Origin: Camelus dromedarius
Taxonomy: Eukaryota
Reading direction: 5' to 3'
Assembly: GCF_036321535.1 (NCBI RefSeq)
Contig: NC_087437.1
Location: forward strand, 31,622,001-31,686,000
Length of the DNA stretch: 64,000 nucleotides
Shown here: in pieces, positions 25,391-37,304 of the stretch
How positions within the stretch are numbered: the stretch's first letter is position 1
How the letters are laid out: the number at the start of each line of letters is the position of its first letter
Program-made: the position numbers and the translations under genes
Notes under the pieces: model-generated
What the model was told of the DNA's origin: nothing
Database searches by the model: none
Seen by the model: only the letters and a program-made list of their open reading frames with translations

Positions 25391-28300
25391 TAGTGATGAT
25401 TTCTCTTAATTTCTGACACTAGCAATTTGTATCTCCTCTCTTTTTCTTTTTTAGCGTTGCTTGAAGATGATCATTTTTGTTTATCTTTTCAAAGAACCAG
25501 CTTTTGGTTTTATTGATTTTCTCTGTTGATTTCCTATTTTGATTTCATTGATTTCTGCTCTAATTATTATTTCCTTTCTTCTGCTTACTTTGGATTTAAT
25601 ATGCTCTTCTTTTTCTAGTTTCCTAAGGTGAAAGTTTAAATTATTGTTTTTAGATCTTTCCTCTTTTCAAATAAATGCTTTCAGTGCCGTAAATTTCCTT
25701 GTGAGCACTGCTTTTGCTGCATTCCACAAATTTCAGTACGTTTTATTTTCGTTTTCATTTAGTTCAGAGTATTTTTAAGTTTCTCTGTGACTTCTTCTTT
25801 GATACACTTGTTATTGAGAAGTGTGTTGTTTAATCTCCAAGCATTTTGGGATTTCCCAGCTCTTTCTGTTTAATTTGTAGTTTAAGTTCATTGTTGTCTG
25901 AGTGCAGACATAGTATGATTTTTATTCTTTTAAATTTGTTAAGATGTGTTTTACAGCACAGAATATGGTCTATCTTGGTGAATGTTTCATGTGAGCTTGA
26001 GAAGAATGTGTTATTCTGCTGTTGTTGGATGAAGTCTTCCATAGATGTCAGTAATATCAGTTGATTGATGGTGCTGTTGAGTTCAACTATATCCTTACTG
26101 ATTTCCAGCCTCCTGAGTATGTCCTTTTTTGATAAAAGGGTGTTTAAGTATCCAACTGTAATAGTGAATTAAACTGTTTCTCTTTGAGGCTCTATCAGCT
26201 TTTGCCTTACATATTTTGATATGTTAGGCTGTGTCATTAAGGATTATTATGTCTTCTTGGAGCACTCACTCCTTATCATTATGTAATACCCTCTGTATTT
26301 CTGATAACTTTTTTTGCTCTGAAGTCTCTGTCTGAAACTAAGGTAGATACTTCACTTTCTTTTGATTGGTGTCAACATGATATATTGCTATCCACTCCTT
26401 TATTTTTAACCTGTATGTGTCTTTGTATTTGAAGTGTGTTTCTTGAAGATAGTATTATAGTTGGGTCTTGTTTTTTAATCCACTCTGACAGTCTCTGTCT
26501 TTTAATTGGTGTATTTAGATCATTGACATTCAAAATAATGACTGATATAATTGGATCAGTATCTACCATTTTTTTGTTATTGTTTTCTATATGCTTCACT
26601 TTTTCTCCATTTTTGTTTTTGTCATCTACACTTTTTCTGCCTCTTATGGATTTAATTGAGAATTTTATATAATTCCATCTTCTCTTTCTTGGAATATCAG
26701 TTATACTTCTTTTTCTTACTTTTTAAGTTGTTGCCTGAGAGTTTGCTATGTATTTTTATAACTAATCCAAGACTACTTTTAAATAATGCTACATTGCTTC
26801 ATGGGTAGTGCAAATGCCTTATAATAACAAAATATTCCTAATTCTTCCCTCCCATCCGTTGTATCATTGCTGCCATTCATTTTACTTATAAGTAAGCATA
26901 CCATAAATATGTATATAAATGCATTTGTGTGTGTGTATATATATGTTAAAGCATACCTAATCAAATACACTGTTGCTCCTATTAGTTTGAATAAACTGTT
27001 ACCTATTATGCCAATGAAGAATAAAGAAAAGCTTTTATTTTTACCTTCACTTATTCCTTCTCTTATGTTCTTTTTCTTTATGCTGATCTGAATTTTTTCC
27101 CAATAATCTTTTCCTTCTTTCTGAAGAACTTCCTTTAATTTCTTGTAAAGGAGATCTACTGGCAGCAAATTCCCTCAATTTTTATTTTCCTTTTTTTGGT
27201 CTGAGAAAGTCTTCATTCTCCTTCAGCTTGGAAGGGTAATTTCTCAGGCTACAGAATTCTAGATTGGTGGTTGTTTTATCTCTCAAACTTTAAATATTTC
27301 ACTCCATTATTTTTTTGCTTTCATGATTTTTGTGGAGAAGTTGGATATAAAAGTCTTATCTTTGTTCTTCTGTAGGTAAAGTGTTTTTACCCTTTAGTTT
27401 CTTTCTGGAGTTTTTTCTTTATCCTTGATTTTCTGTAGTTTGGAGATGATGTGTCTAAGTTGGCATTTATCCTGGTTGGCATTCTCTGAAGTTCCTGGAT
27501 ATGTGGTTTGGTATATGACATTAATTTGGTGGAAATTATCAATCATTGTTTCAAATATTTCTTCTTTTCTTCTATCCATTTCTTCTCCTCCTTGTATTCC
27601 TATTGTGCATATGTTAAGTTAAGCCTTTTATAGTTGTTCCAACTTGGCTATTCTATTATGGGTTTTTTTTTTTCATTTTTTCTTTGCTTTTCAGTTTTAG
27701 AAGCTTTTCAGTTCTATTGTCATATCATCCAGCAAGAGATTCTTTCCTCAGTGATGTCTAGTCTACTAATGAGCCAATCAAAGGCATTCTTCATTTGTTA
27801 CTGTGTTTTTTATGTTGAGCATTTCTTTTTGGTTCTTTCTTTGATGTTCCATCTCTCTGCTTACATTATCCATCTGTTCTGGCATGTTGTCTACTTTTGC
27901 TATTAAAATCACATTAATCATGATTTTAAAAAATTTCTGGTTTGATAATTCCAACACTCCTGCTATATCTCACTCTAATTCTGGTGCTTGTTCAGTGTCT
28001 TCAAACTGTGTTTTTTGCCTTTTAATATACATTGCAAGTTATTGTTGACAGGTGGACATGATGTACTAGGTAAGAGGAATTGAAGTATAAAGGCCTTTAG
28101 TAATGTGGTAGTAATGTCGGAGAGGAAGGAGAAGTGTTCTATAGTCTATGGTTATGTTTCAGGCTTGTAGTGAGTCTATGCCAGTGAACTGTGAACTTCA
28201 CAGCTATTTCTCAGTTGCCAGATCCCCCATCCGCTACCTCTGCCCTCAGGTGGGACGGGATTTTAGAATGGGCTAGGGCTGAGTTTTTCCCTTTGCCAGA

Positions 28301-28479
28301 TTCAGTTAGGCTCTGATAAGATCCCTGCAGATTAAGTTCTGGTAAAGAATAGTTTCTCCTGAGGGCAGGCCTCGTTAAACATAATAGAAAGCTCTGGCAT
28401 ATTTAAAAATATTTGCTTTTCTCCTCCCTCAACAGAAGCACAAGTAGATTTTTCTTGGATATTAGAAAATTTCACTCAT

Positions 28480-31400
28480 AAATTTACTCTCTATACTGCT
28501 TTAGTTGTGCTGCACATATTCTGATATGTTGTATTTTCATTTTCATTCAGTTCTCTGTATGTGTGTGTGTGTGTGTACATATATCTTAAAATTTCCTTCG
28601 AGACTTTTTCTTTGACATACGGATTATTTAGAAGTATCCTATTTAGCTTCCAAGTGTTTATAGACTTTCCTGTCATCTTTCTGTTACTTTCCTAGTTTGA
28701 TTGCATTATGGTCAGAGAACATACTCTGTATGATTTCAACTTTTAAAATTTTGTTGAAATTTGTTTTATGGCCAAAGATATGTGCTACCTTGGTGACTGT
28801 TCCATGGATGCTTGAAAAAATATGTTTATACTGCTGTTATTGGGTGGTTTCCTAGATGTGGCAATTAAAACCTGGTAGTTGATGGTTTTGAGTTCTTTCA
28901 TTTCCTTGCTGATTTTCTGTCAAGTGATTCTGTCAGTTGTTAAGTGGAGTGTTGGAAGTTACCAGCTCTAATTATGGATTTGTCTATTTCTCTTTGAGTT
29001 CTGTAATTTTTGCTTTACGTATTTTGTAGCTCTGTTGTTTGGTGTAAACACACTTAGGATTGTTATGTTTTCCTGGTGGATTGATTCTTTCATCATTATG
29101 TAATATCCTTTTTTGTCTCTAGTAATTTTCTTTGCTCTGAAGTCTACTTTCTCTGATATTAATATAGCCACTACCACTTTTTTAAAAACATAAAACTGTT
29201 TACATGATATTTTTTCATTCCTTTATTCTCAACATATCTTTGTCACTGAATTTGAAGTGAGTTTTATAGATAGCATATTGCTGAATTATTTTTTTTATCC
29301 ACTCTGTCTCTTTTAATTGGTGTATTTAGATCATTTACATTTAGGTAATTATTGATATGTTAAGGTTTATGTATGCCATTTTATTTCTGTTCAGTTTGTT
29401 TCCTCTGGTTCTGTTACTTCTGTTTCTCTTTCTTACCTTCCTGTTGGTTTCTTGAACATTTTTAGGATTATATCTTGACTTATTTATAGTGTTTTAAGTA
29501 TATTGTTTTGTATGGGCTTCATAGTCGTTGCTCTAGTTAATTCAGTATAGATTCATAATTTATCACAGTCTATCATTTACTTATGACATGCCTTAACATG
29601 GATTTCTTTGGGTTTATTCTGTTTGGATAGATAGTATCTTTCCTACAGTTTATTAAATCTGTATGTTTATATCTCTTAATATAGTTATAAGTTTTCAGCC
29701 ATTATTTCTTTGAATATTATTTAATCCTACTTCCTCCTTCTTCTCATGTCCTCAGACTCTGATCATATGAATGTTAGCTCTTTTGTTATTGTCACACAGG
29801 TCTCTTGAGACTCTGTTAATTATTTTTTCTGTCTATTTTCTCCCTTGTTCGGGTTGAGTGAATTCTGTTGATATATCCTAATGTTCACTGATGCCATCCT
29901 ATGTCATTATACTTTTCTATTCAGCCCATCCAGTGGCTCAGTTTTCAGTTCTGTCATTTCTGGTTTTTGGTGACTTCTATTTCTTTGTTGAGATTTTCTA
30001 CTTTTTGTTTGTTTCAAGAGAATTTTTACTTAAAAAATTTTTATGATAGCTGCTTTATAAGCCTTGTCAGGTTATTCCACTATCTAATTCATCTCAATGT
30101 TGGGTCTGTTGATTATCTTTTCTCATTAATGTTATGATTTTCCTGGTTCTGGCATGTTGAGTGATTTTCCATTGAAACCTGATGATTTTGGAAATTATGT
30201 CATGAGACTCTGGATCCTACTTTATCTTTTATTTAGCAGGCCCTCTCCCTGTTGAGGTATAGCCTGAAAGCCAGCTGGGTGTTGTTCAGCTTTCTGCTGG
30301 GCCCACTGACACTACTTTAGCAAATGTGGGGTTTTGACTCACACTGCCTTGTTTCAGACTGGTGGAGTGGAAGTTAACATGTCCCCCTTGGCACCATTCA
30401 CACCTTTCTGGCAAAAGTGGGTCACCAACTTACACTGCCTTGTGTCTCTGCGTGGTGATACAAGATCAGTTCCCCGCTGCTGAACTCACTGTCACCAGGG
30501 AGAGGGAACCAGAGGGCTGACTCATACTGTTTTTTTGCAGCAGGGTGGGGACAGAAGCCTGCTTTCTCTCTGTGCCCACTGACACCAAAGGATGGGAGAA
30601 GTAGGGTGCCAACCAGCCCTGCTGCCTGCCACTTGATTCTGCCTTGTTGATGCTAGCTGGGATTAGAGGCTCAGCATATTCCATTGACATAACAGGGAGG
30701 GAAGCAGAGTGTGGACTACTCTGTCTCACACCATCTTTTTCTACCTCACTGATGCTGGCTGGCGTCTGTCTGAGACTCTCTGACACAGGATATGGGTGGG
30801 GAGGCAGACTAGGAGTACCACTAGTCCTTTTTTTCACTGCTTCATTTGATCTTTGCTGCCAGTTGGGTATGGCAGTTTAGTTCCCCACTGAGCCTCACCT
30901 ATCCGCTTTGTTCAGATTCATTGGTGCAGGGTTGGGGTGGATCCCTAGCTCCCCGCTGAACCCACTGACACTACTCTGGTGTGAGAGTAGGTGCATATGT
31001 TGCGTCTACAGAGGGGAATGGAAGATCAGCTCCCAGCTTTCACCAGCAATGCTACACCAGCCAGGTGAATTGGACTGCATCACCTGCCTCTGTGGGGCAG
31101 GGATGTGGTGTGTGGAAGATCAACCCTCTGCTTGCTTGTGGCTGCCCTGAAACTGTGAGGTGGGGCGGTACAAGTTTACAGTTGATATTTGGCTGGAGAG
31201 GGCAGATATTACCAAGATTGTTTTCTATTATTTAGTCATGCTTTCCCTGATCAGCTAAGTAGATCAGACTTTTCTTGGAGCTTTTTTTTTTTTTTTTTGG
31301 TCTGTGGCTGCTGTTGGTTCTGGCTTGGAGACTTCTGCAGTGCCCTGTGTGGGCTATATATGGAAGAAAATAAGGATACTCGGAGATCTCATCACCTCGG

Positions 31401-31530
31401 TGTTTCTCAAGTCCCAAAGTCAGTAGGCCATCTACCTTCCTCCCACCTTTCAGAGTCTTCCTGTGCTTATGTTGTGCTGTGATTGGGTTTTTTAGTTGTA
31501 AGAGGGAGGACCTGGGAGTAACAGGGCTAC
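28480..31530 (-). mobile_element. Old L1 5' portion (endonuclease, ORF1 remnant, more GC-rich 5' UTR)
   Basis: Peptides VAILISEKVDFRAKKITRDKKGYYIMMKESIHQENITIL and KSINTWKLNRILLNN. GC-richer repetitive 5' region at 30200-31530. Confidence 0.75.
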
Positions 31531-32084
31531 TTGAACTTAGTTGTGACCTTGGTTTGATTTTTTTAGTCAAATTAGAAATTGCTTTGAATAACTAAGAACA
31601 TTTTTTTAAAGTAATGCCTTAAATTCTCACAAATGTTAATAGTTAGCTCACATAAGTCAGTCATTGTCTATGCATACTCCACGTGCCTGCTAAATATTTT
31701 GTTTTTGATTTCTCTTCTGCTTATGCCAAATTGAGATAGTGCATAGAAATTTAAGCAGAGGTAGGATAGGCCTGTCCATGAGGAGCCAGACTTAACAGTT
31801 CTGTTGATCATAGTTGGCCATTCTCACAAGTCAGTTGAGCCACAGAAGTCAAGTCGAGACCAGTCAGCCCAAAGAAGGGGTGTAGGTACATACTAAGAAT
31901 TCAGACCGCCAGATTGAGTCTACAGTTTGGGATCAAATTAATGGAGTCTTTCTGAGTTTATAAATGAAGAGAGTTGGAGGAAATGGAAGTACCTGGCTCG
32001 AGTAGAGGATAACGGGGTAAACAAGGCACGTTTTGTTAGTTGCTATCTTCCTCTGCCAAACCTACCTCCCACAAAGACCAGTCA

Positions 32085-32490
32085 TGTCAGTTAGGAGTGC
32101 ATTCTGCAGCAAGTGGCTTAAATGGGCAAAAGTTTATTTGTTTCTTGAATCAGGAAGAAGGGGAAGGGGTATAGACAGCTCAGATTGCACCAGGGACCCA
32201 TCCTCTTGCCATCTCTCACTCCGTCTTTGTCAGTGAGTAGGCCTTCAGCCTGATGCTGGTCTCCTCATGATCTCAAGGTGGCTTCTGCACTGCCAAAGGT
32301 AGGCAGAAGGAAGAATCTTAGGAGAATCTAGGCAGAAATACAAAGAGGGAAGTAGTCACGGGAAATGCCTGTACTTGGAGGTCAAAAGCTTTCCCACAAC
32401 TGCAGGGGAGTCCTGGGAACTGACTTCAGGGAGTTGGCTCATTGCTTCCTTAAATAAAGTCAGGTTCTGTTATAAGGAGAAGACACCAAC
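32085..32490. mobile_element. Old MaLR LTR (MLT1J-like)
   Basis: tgtcagttagg...gcagcaagtggcttaaa...cagggacccatcctctt...ctcatgatctcaaggtggct...caggttctgttataaggagaag. Confidence 0.65.
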
Positions 32491-33779
32491 AGGGCCCACT
32501 TCTCTGGACATTACATTTCCTTCCAGGAAGTAGCAGGTGCATGCTTACTTTAGTTTCCTGAGAGGAAAAAAAAAAACTATCTCAAGAAAAGAAATACATC
32601 AAGGACTTCTTTTTTTGAAGGTCTTGTGTTCTGTACGTGCCTTATGCAGGCTCAGCTTTTTCTACTTGTGCAGTAGTACTCTGTTATTGATGGAAGTAGT
32701 GTGGGAGGCATATATGTTAAGAATGTTTGGGTCAACTGAATTTTGAATAATCAAGATTTTGTAGAACAAAGAACTGATGCAGAACTATAGCTTTCATGGG
32801 TTGGGCATACTTCCTAGGCAGTCATTTCAGATCTCTGGGGGCCTTCTCAAATCCTCAGCTCTCTCCTAAGATTCTTCCTTCTGGGGCTGAGTGGGAATCT
32901 CTTCAGTGAAATGAAAGCTGTTACTGATCGGAGTGTGATTGGGCATATGAACATGGGGAAGGCAGGAAAAGAAAGGTTGAGTACCATTTGGAAACGTGTA
33001 TGTTCTTTTTCAAGCCACTGAAAAATGGCTCCAATAGACACAGGGTCATTAACAGATCATTTAAACCTAGATGTTTATATCATATTTCTCTTAGTCTAGA
33101 TGTATATATATGAATTTATTATATTGGTATTTGTATTATGCATTACTTAAACTTTGAGAAATCTAAAAAAGTTTTAATCACACCAGGTAGTTCTAAGACC
33201 AGATCATCCTTTTACTATCTTTTCATTGTTCTCCTAACCAGCACTAGATTGTGTTCCAGACCAAAGTCCTTAGGTATAGAGCATACTGTTTTCCATTATT
33301 CCTTTAGTCTGTGGACACATAAAAACAGTAAATACTAGAAGTTAAGAGGGGTTTTTACAATTGGTGTAAATGATGTTTATGTGGGTTTCCTTGTTACTAC
33401 ATCTGGCAAGGTTATGAAAGTTGAAATTTATTCAACAACGTTGATAGATCTATGTATACATGTGTATCTTTTATTACCAGTGTAACTTTGAAAGCTCCTT
33501 TGTGTATCAATATGTTGTTGCTATAGCAACATGGTTACTAAAATAAAGTATGTTTTCTGCTTTGCTTTTTTTAAAGGAGGTCTTTTTTCCCCCAAGCTCC
33601 TTAATCAGCACTGTAGAGTTTCTGTCCCATTCAGTATTCTTTCTATTTATCTTCTCCCTTGAATTTCCTTTGTTTAAAATCAGTTATTTATCACTATAAG
33701 ATAAAATATGATTTTTATTGGACTAAATCCTGGTAAGAACTATAAGAATAAATCAAAGCAGTGTATAATCTGGTACAAA

Positions 33780-33920
33780 CAGTAGCGGCTCTGCTATTAC
33801 TTAGCACTATGACCTTGCCTTATAATCTTCTTATACTTTTGATTCTTCATCTATAAAATGGTCAGAGAAACAACTACTTCACAGGGATGATCTATGCATT
33901 ACTCTGTGCCTGGTAGGAAT
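33780..33920 (+). mobile_element. MIR fragment
   Basis: ggctctgctattacttagcactatgaccttg...ttcttcatctataaaatgg...acttcacaggg. Confidence 0.7.
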
Positions 33921-35449
33921 TCAGTTCTGTTTCGTTTCCCTCACTTTCCTTTTTTTTTTTTTCCCTTTCTGTGTTTGTTAACTAAAGTTAATAGCATACA
34001 GTCCCCCCTCCCACCCCCCTACAGATAATATCACTTTCCCACCTACCTTGGATATCTAAACGTTGCCTAATATCTCACAAGGGATGTTCCTGGGACTAGG
34101 AAATATCCTGATCTCAGCTCTATTATGACTATTAACTTCAGTTTAATTGGGGGTTTTAAAATGCCTAGCCCAATTTTGATTAGGTCCACACCCAGTGTTT
34201 TCTGCTCAGTGGAGTAGAGACTTTGAAGAAAGCATAACTTTAGAACTTGTTACCTTTTATTTATTACACCCCACTTCTTTTCAAAAAGGATATGAGGTGT
34301 TTTAAAAGGACATAATAAAATTAACAACACGGGGAAAAAAACGGAGGGGGTATTGGATGAAAACCAAGAGACCAAATACGTCAACCCTGAGGGTCAACAG
34401 CTAAGTGCAGTTTTTCCATAAATCCTCTTACCTGAGCTTCAGGGATTTCTATACTCAAAGCCTTTTTGTAGGAGTAGGATTGGAAGAAGTGTTTGGGGAA
34501 ATGGGTTTGATTTATTTATTATTTAAAATGTATTTATTTAAAGGCGGCTGAATTAGCACTAGAAGAAATCCACTAGAGGTCTACAGGAGGTAATTCGGGA
34601 GGTAGTGAGGCCCTACTGAGAACCGGCACTGTCTGCCTGTCTAAAGGCAATCCTAATAGGCACTAGGTGGCTGCCCCTCTAATGCTGGAGGCAGCAAAAC
34701 TGTTCTAAGGAATGTAGTCCTGCTTAACTTTCGGTTCATTTTCTCTCAATCATTGATCATCTCTCCACCCACCTCCTTACTGCTTCACTTACCAACAGGC
34801 CTGAACAAACAACTCAGGTCATGTTATTTTAGCTTAGGAATAGGATGATATTTATTTGTTGTGTGTTTGAATTAATGCATCTTCAAAAAAAGTGTGCACT
34901 TCAGTTTCTTCCTAGATTCTGTATATACTATTTACATTCTAAATGGGAATGAATACTTTCAAATTGGAGAAAAATGAATTAACTCATTGAATGAGGTATG
35001 ATCAGCAATTCCTATTATATCCATTTTATAGATGGATAAGCAAATAAAAAGATTAAATAACAGTGCTCACACAGTTGATTAAATTATTTTTCTGTACTAT
35101 CATTATCTGGGTTAGCTGAAGAAACCAAACAGATATGGCTATGGCAAGCAGCAGCATGAAGGAACTGTCATTGGAGACCTGCTCTGAAGGGACAGGGCAC
35201 ACCGGATCATGAGCCTTGTCTTGCTGGACTGAAAAAACTCAACTGTATAAAAAACCATCCAGTATTATCAAATATTGGTTGAGTTCTTAGAGCTGTTAGG
35301 GAAGCTGTCCCTGGAAACAGTGTGATGAATTCAGCAAGAAATGTTCATGTATTACTGGCCTTATTTTAAAGTAAACTAAAGATGTGGTAAAAATAAAAAA
35401 AATTTTCATCAGCCAAAATGGCTCCACATCTGAAATTATTAATTCAGAC

Positions 35450-37300
35450 ACCCATTGTCTGTTATAGTCTCCTCATCTTCCAACTTGATCAATTTCTTTG
35501 AGGCCTGAAGTCTGTTGATGCCTCTGCGTGCTCTCTGTCTCTTTCTGTTACCGCTTTTTTCCTGTCCAGTTTAGCTTCCAGTCTGTGATGTTAACCATTC
35601 CCTTGATAGTACTTTAAAGTTTCTTGTCCCAGTATACTTCTGTCATATCAACCTAGAAAACCCCTAATGTGAATGACTCCAGCTCACCACACTCTTTAAA
35701 CTGGTACCCTAGCTGTCAGGAACCTGATACTACCTATTATTTCCTCTTTCTATCATATTTTTACCTTCTCTTTCTCTACAAACTCTGTCCTTTCCAGCGA
35801 CATTTCCTTAGGACTCTCCAAACAAACAAATGAAACCTTAACTCAATCTGAGTCTTCTTCCAGCTACTACCTTAGCTTCCCCTCCCTTTTCTTGCTACTC
35901 TTATCAAATAAATTATCTGGACTTACTGTCTCTATTTTCTCACTTCCATACATACCTCAGCTCACTGTAATCTGGTTTCTTTTAGCATCATTTCAAAGAA
36001 AATGTTCTAATTCAGATCACCAGTTACTGGCATGTTACTAAACCTAAGAAATGCTAGTTATTTATTTTTCTTGACTTCTTAGAAGCATTGACATAGTATT
36101 TTATCCCTTCTACCCAAAGTACTCTTCTTTTACTTCTATAATATCATATTCTTCTGGGTTTTGTGTGGCCTCTCATGATCTTTGCCATCCCCCATTATCC
36201 TTTCCTGGCCTCTCCACTTCTTCCTTCACTGTAAATACTGGACCCTTTCAGGGCTCTGTCTATAGCTCTTTTCTGTTTTCATTCTACATCCTCTCTTCTG
36301 TTTCCAGTTGCTCTTACCCATTCCCAAGGCTTTAGTTACCCTCTTTGTGTTGTGGGCTTATGAATCTCCACTTATGCTTCTAACTTATCCTCTGAGCTGC
36401 AGACTAATCTATTCAACTCTCCAATCAGTATCTCCACCTGGCTGCATCACTGGCTTCAACAGTGCCCCATGTGAACTGGTCATCTTCTGTCCACATCTGC
36501 TACTCTTGTGTACTTAATGCCAGGAAATGTTACCCCCATCATTGCTACACTGGATTTAAGGTAGTGTTGAGAATCTGGGTTCTGTAATCAGACTGACTGA
36601 GTTTGAATCCTGTCTCCACAAGTTGCTAGTGGTGTGGACTTGCCTCAGTTTCCTAGTTTGTAAAATGGGAGTAATAATACTACCTATATCACAAGGTTAT
36701 TCTGAGTATTAAATAGGGTTGTTGTGAGGTGTTTATATATATATGTACATTTAATAAAATGTATGAATTACTTATGTACCAAATTATAATTATGATTATT
36801 ATCAATCCTGGTCATCATTCTTGATTTTTCCTATTTTACCACCTTCTTTCTAAATATCTCTTAAATCTGTCCATTTGCTTCTCAATCCATACGGCCACCA
36901 TCCTGGTCCATTGTCTGTTGGGACATCTACAGTTGTCTTCCTACATGACCTGTTGCCCATTTCTAATCTATTCTTTAGTCTGTACCTGAGATGATTGTGT
37001 CAAAATACATCTCTGATCATTACACTCTACCACTTTACCTGCCACAGGTTTGCATTTACCTTAGAACAAAGTTCAAAATCCTCTTTATGGTTTGAGACTC
37101 TGTGTGGTTTGTAGCCCATGGTTATCCCTCAACCTCACTCTCTTTGTTCCAGTCATCCTTGACTTTTTTTTTTCTCCCAGTTTCTGAAATGTACCATACT
37201 CTCAACTCTGTCCCTTTGAATGTACTGTACTTTCTGATGGGGACTCTTCCCCTTCCAGAATCTTCTATTCCCTTTTACAGGTCTCAGCTAAAATGCCAGA
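35450..37300 (+). mobile_element. L2 LINE remnant interrupted by a MIR
   Basis: Pyrimidine-rich L2 motifs: ctcactgtaatctggtttc, cttgacttcttagaagcattgacatagt, tctaaatatctcttaaatctgtccattt, tctgatcattacactct, aggtctcagctaaaatgcc. Confidence 0.75.
36555..36800 (+). mobile_element. MIR SINE
   Basis: gagtttgaatcctgtctccac...gcctcagtttcctagtttgtaaaatgggagtaataatactacct. Confidence 0.85.
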
Positions 37301-37304
37301 TCCT

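Larger units (their letters stand above)
21780..28460 (-). mobile_element. Long old L1 (L1MC1-like) from 3' end to ORF1/5' region, with internal deletions and nested insertions
   Basis: 3' end tagactttaatttttggagcagttttaggttcacagcaaaat. Endonuclease peptides FFSSSHETFTKIDHIL and LNVNDLNTPIKRQRLSEWIKKQDPT. ORF1-like EEIFETMIDNFHQ...RHIISKLQKIKDKEK. Confidence 0.88.

Noticed and set aside
30466..31570. Cluster of 80-120-aa ORFs in a GC-richer region
   Set aside because: They overlap on both strands, resemble no protein I know, and lie in a decayed L1 5' UTR.
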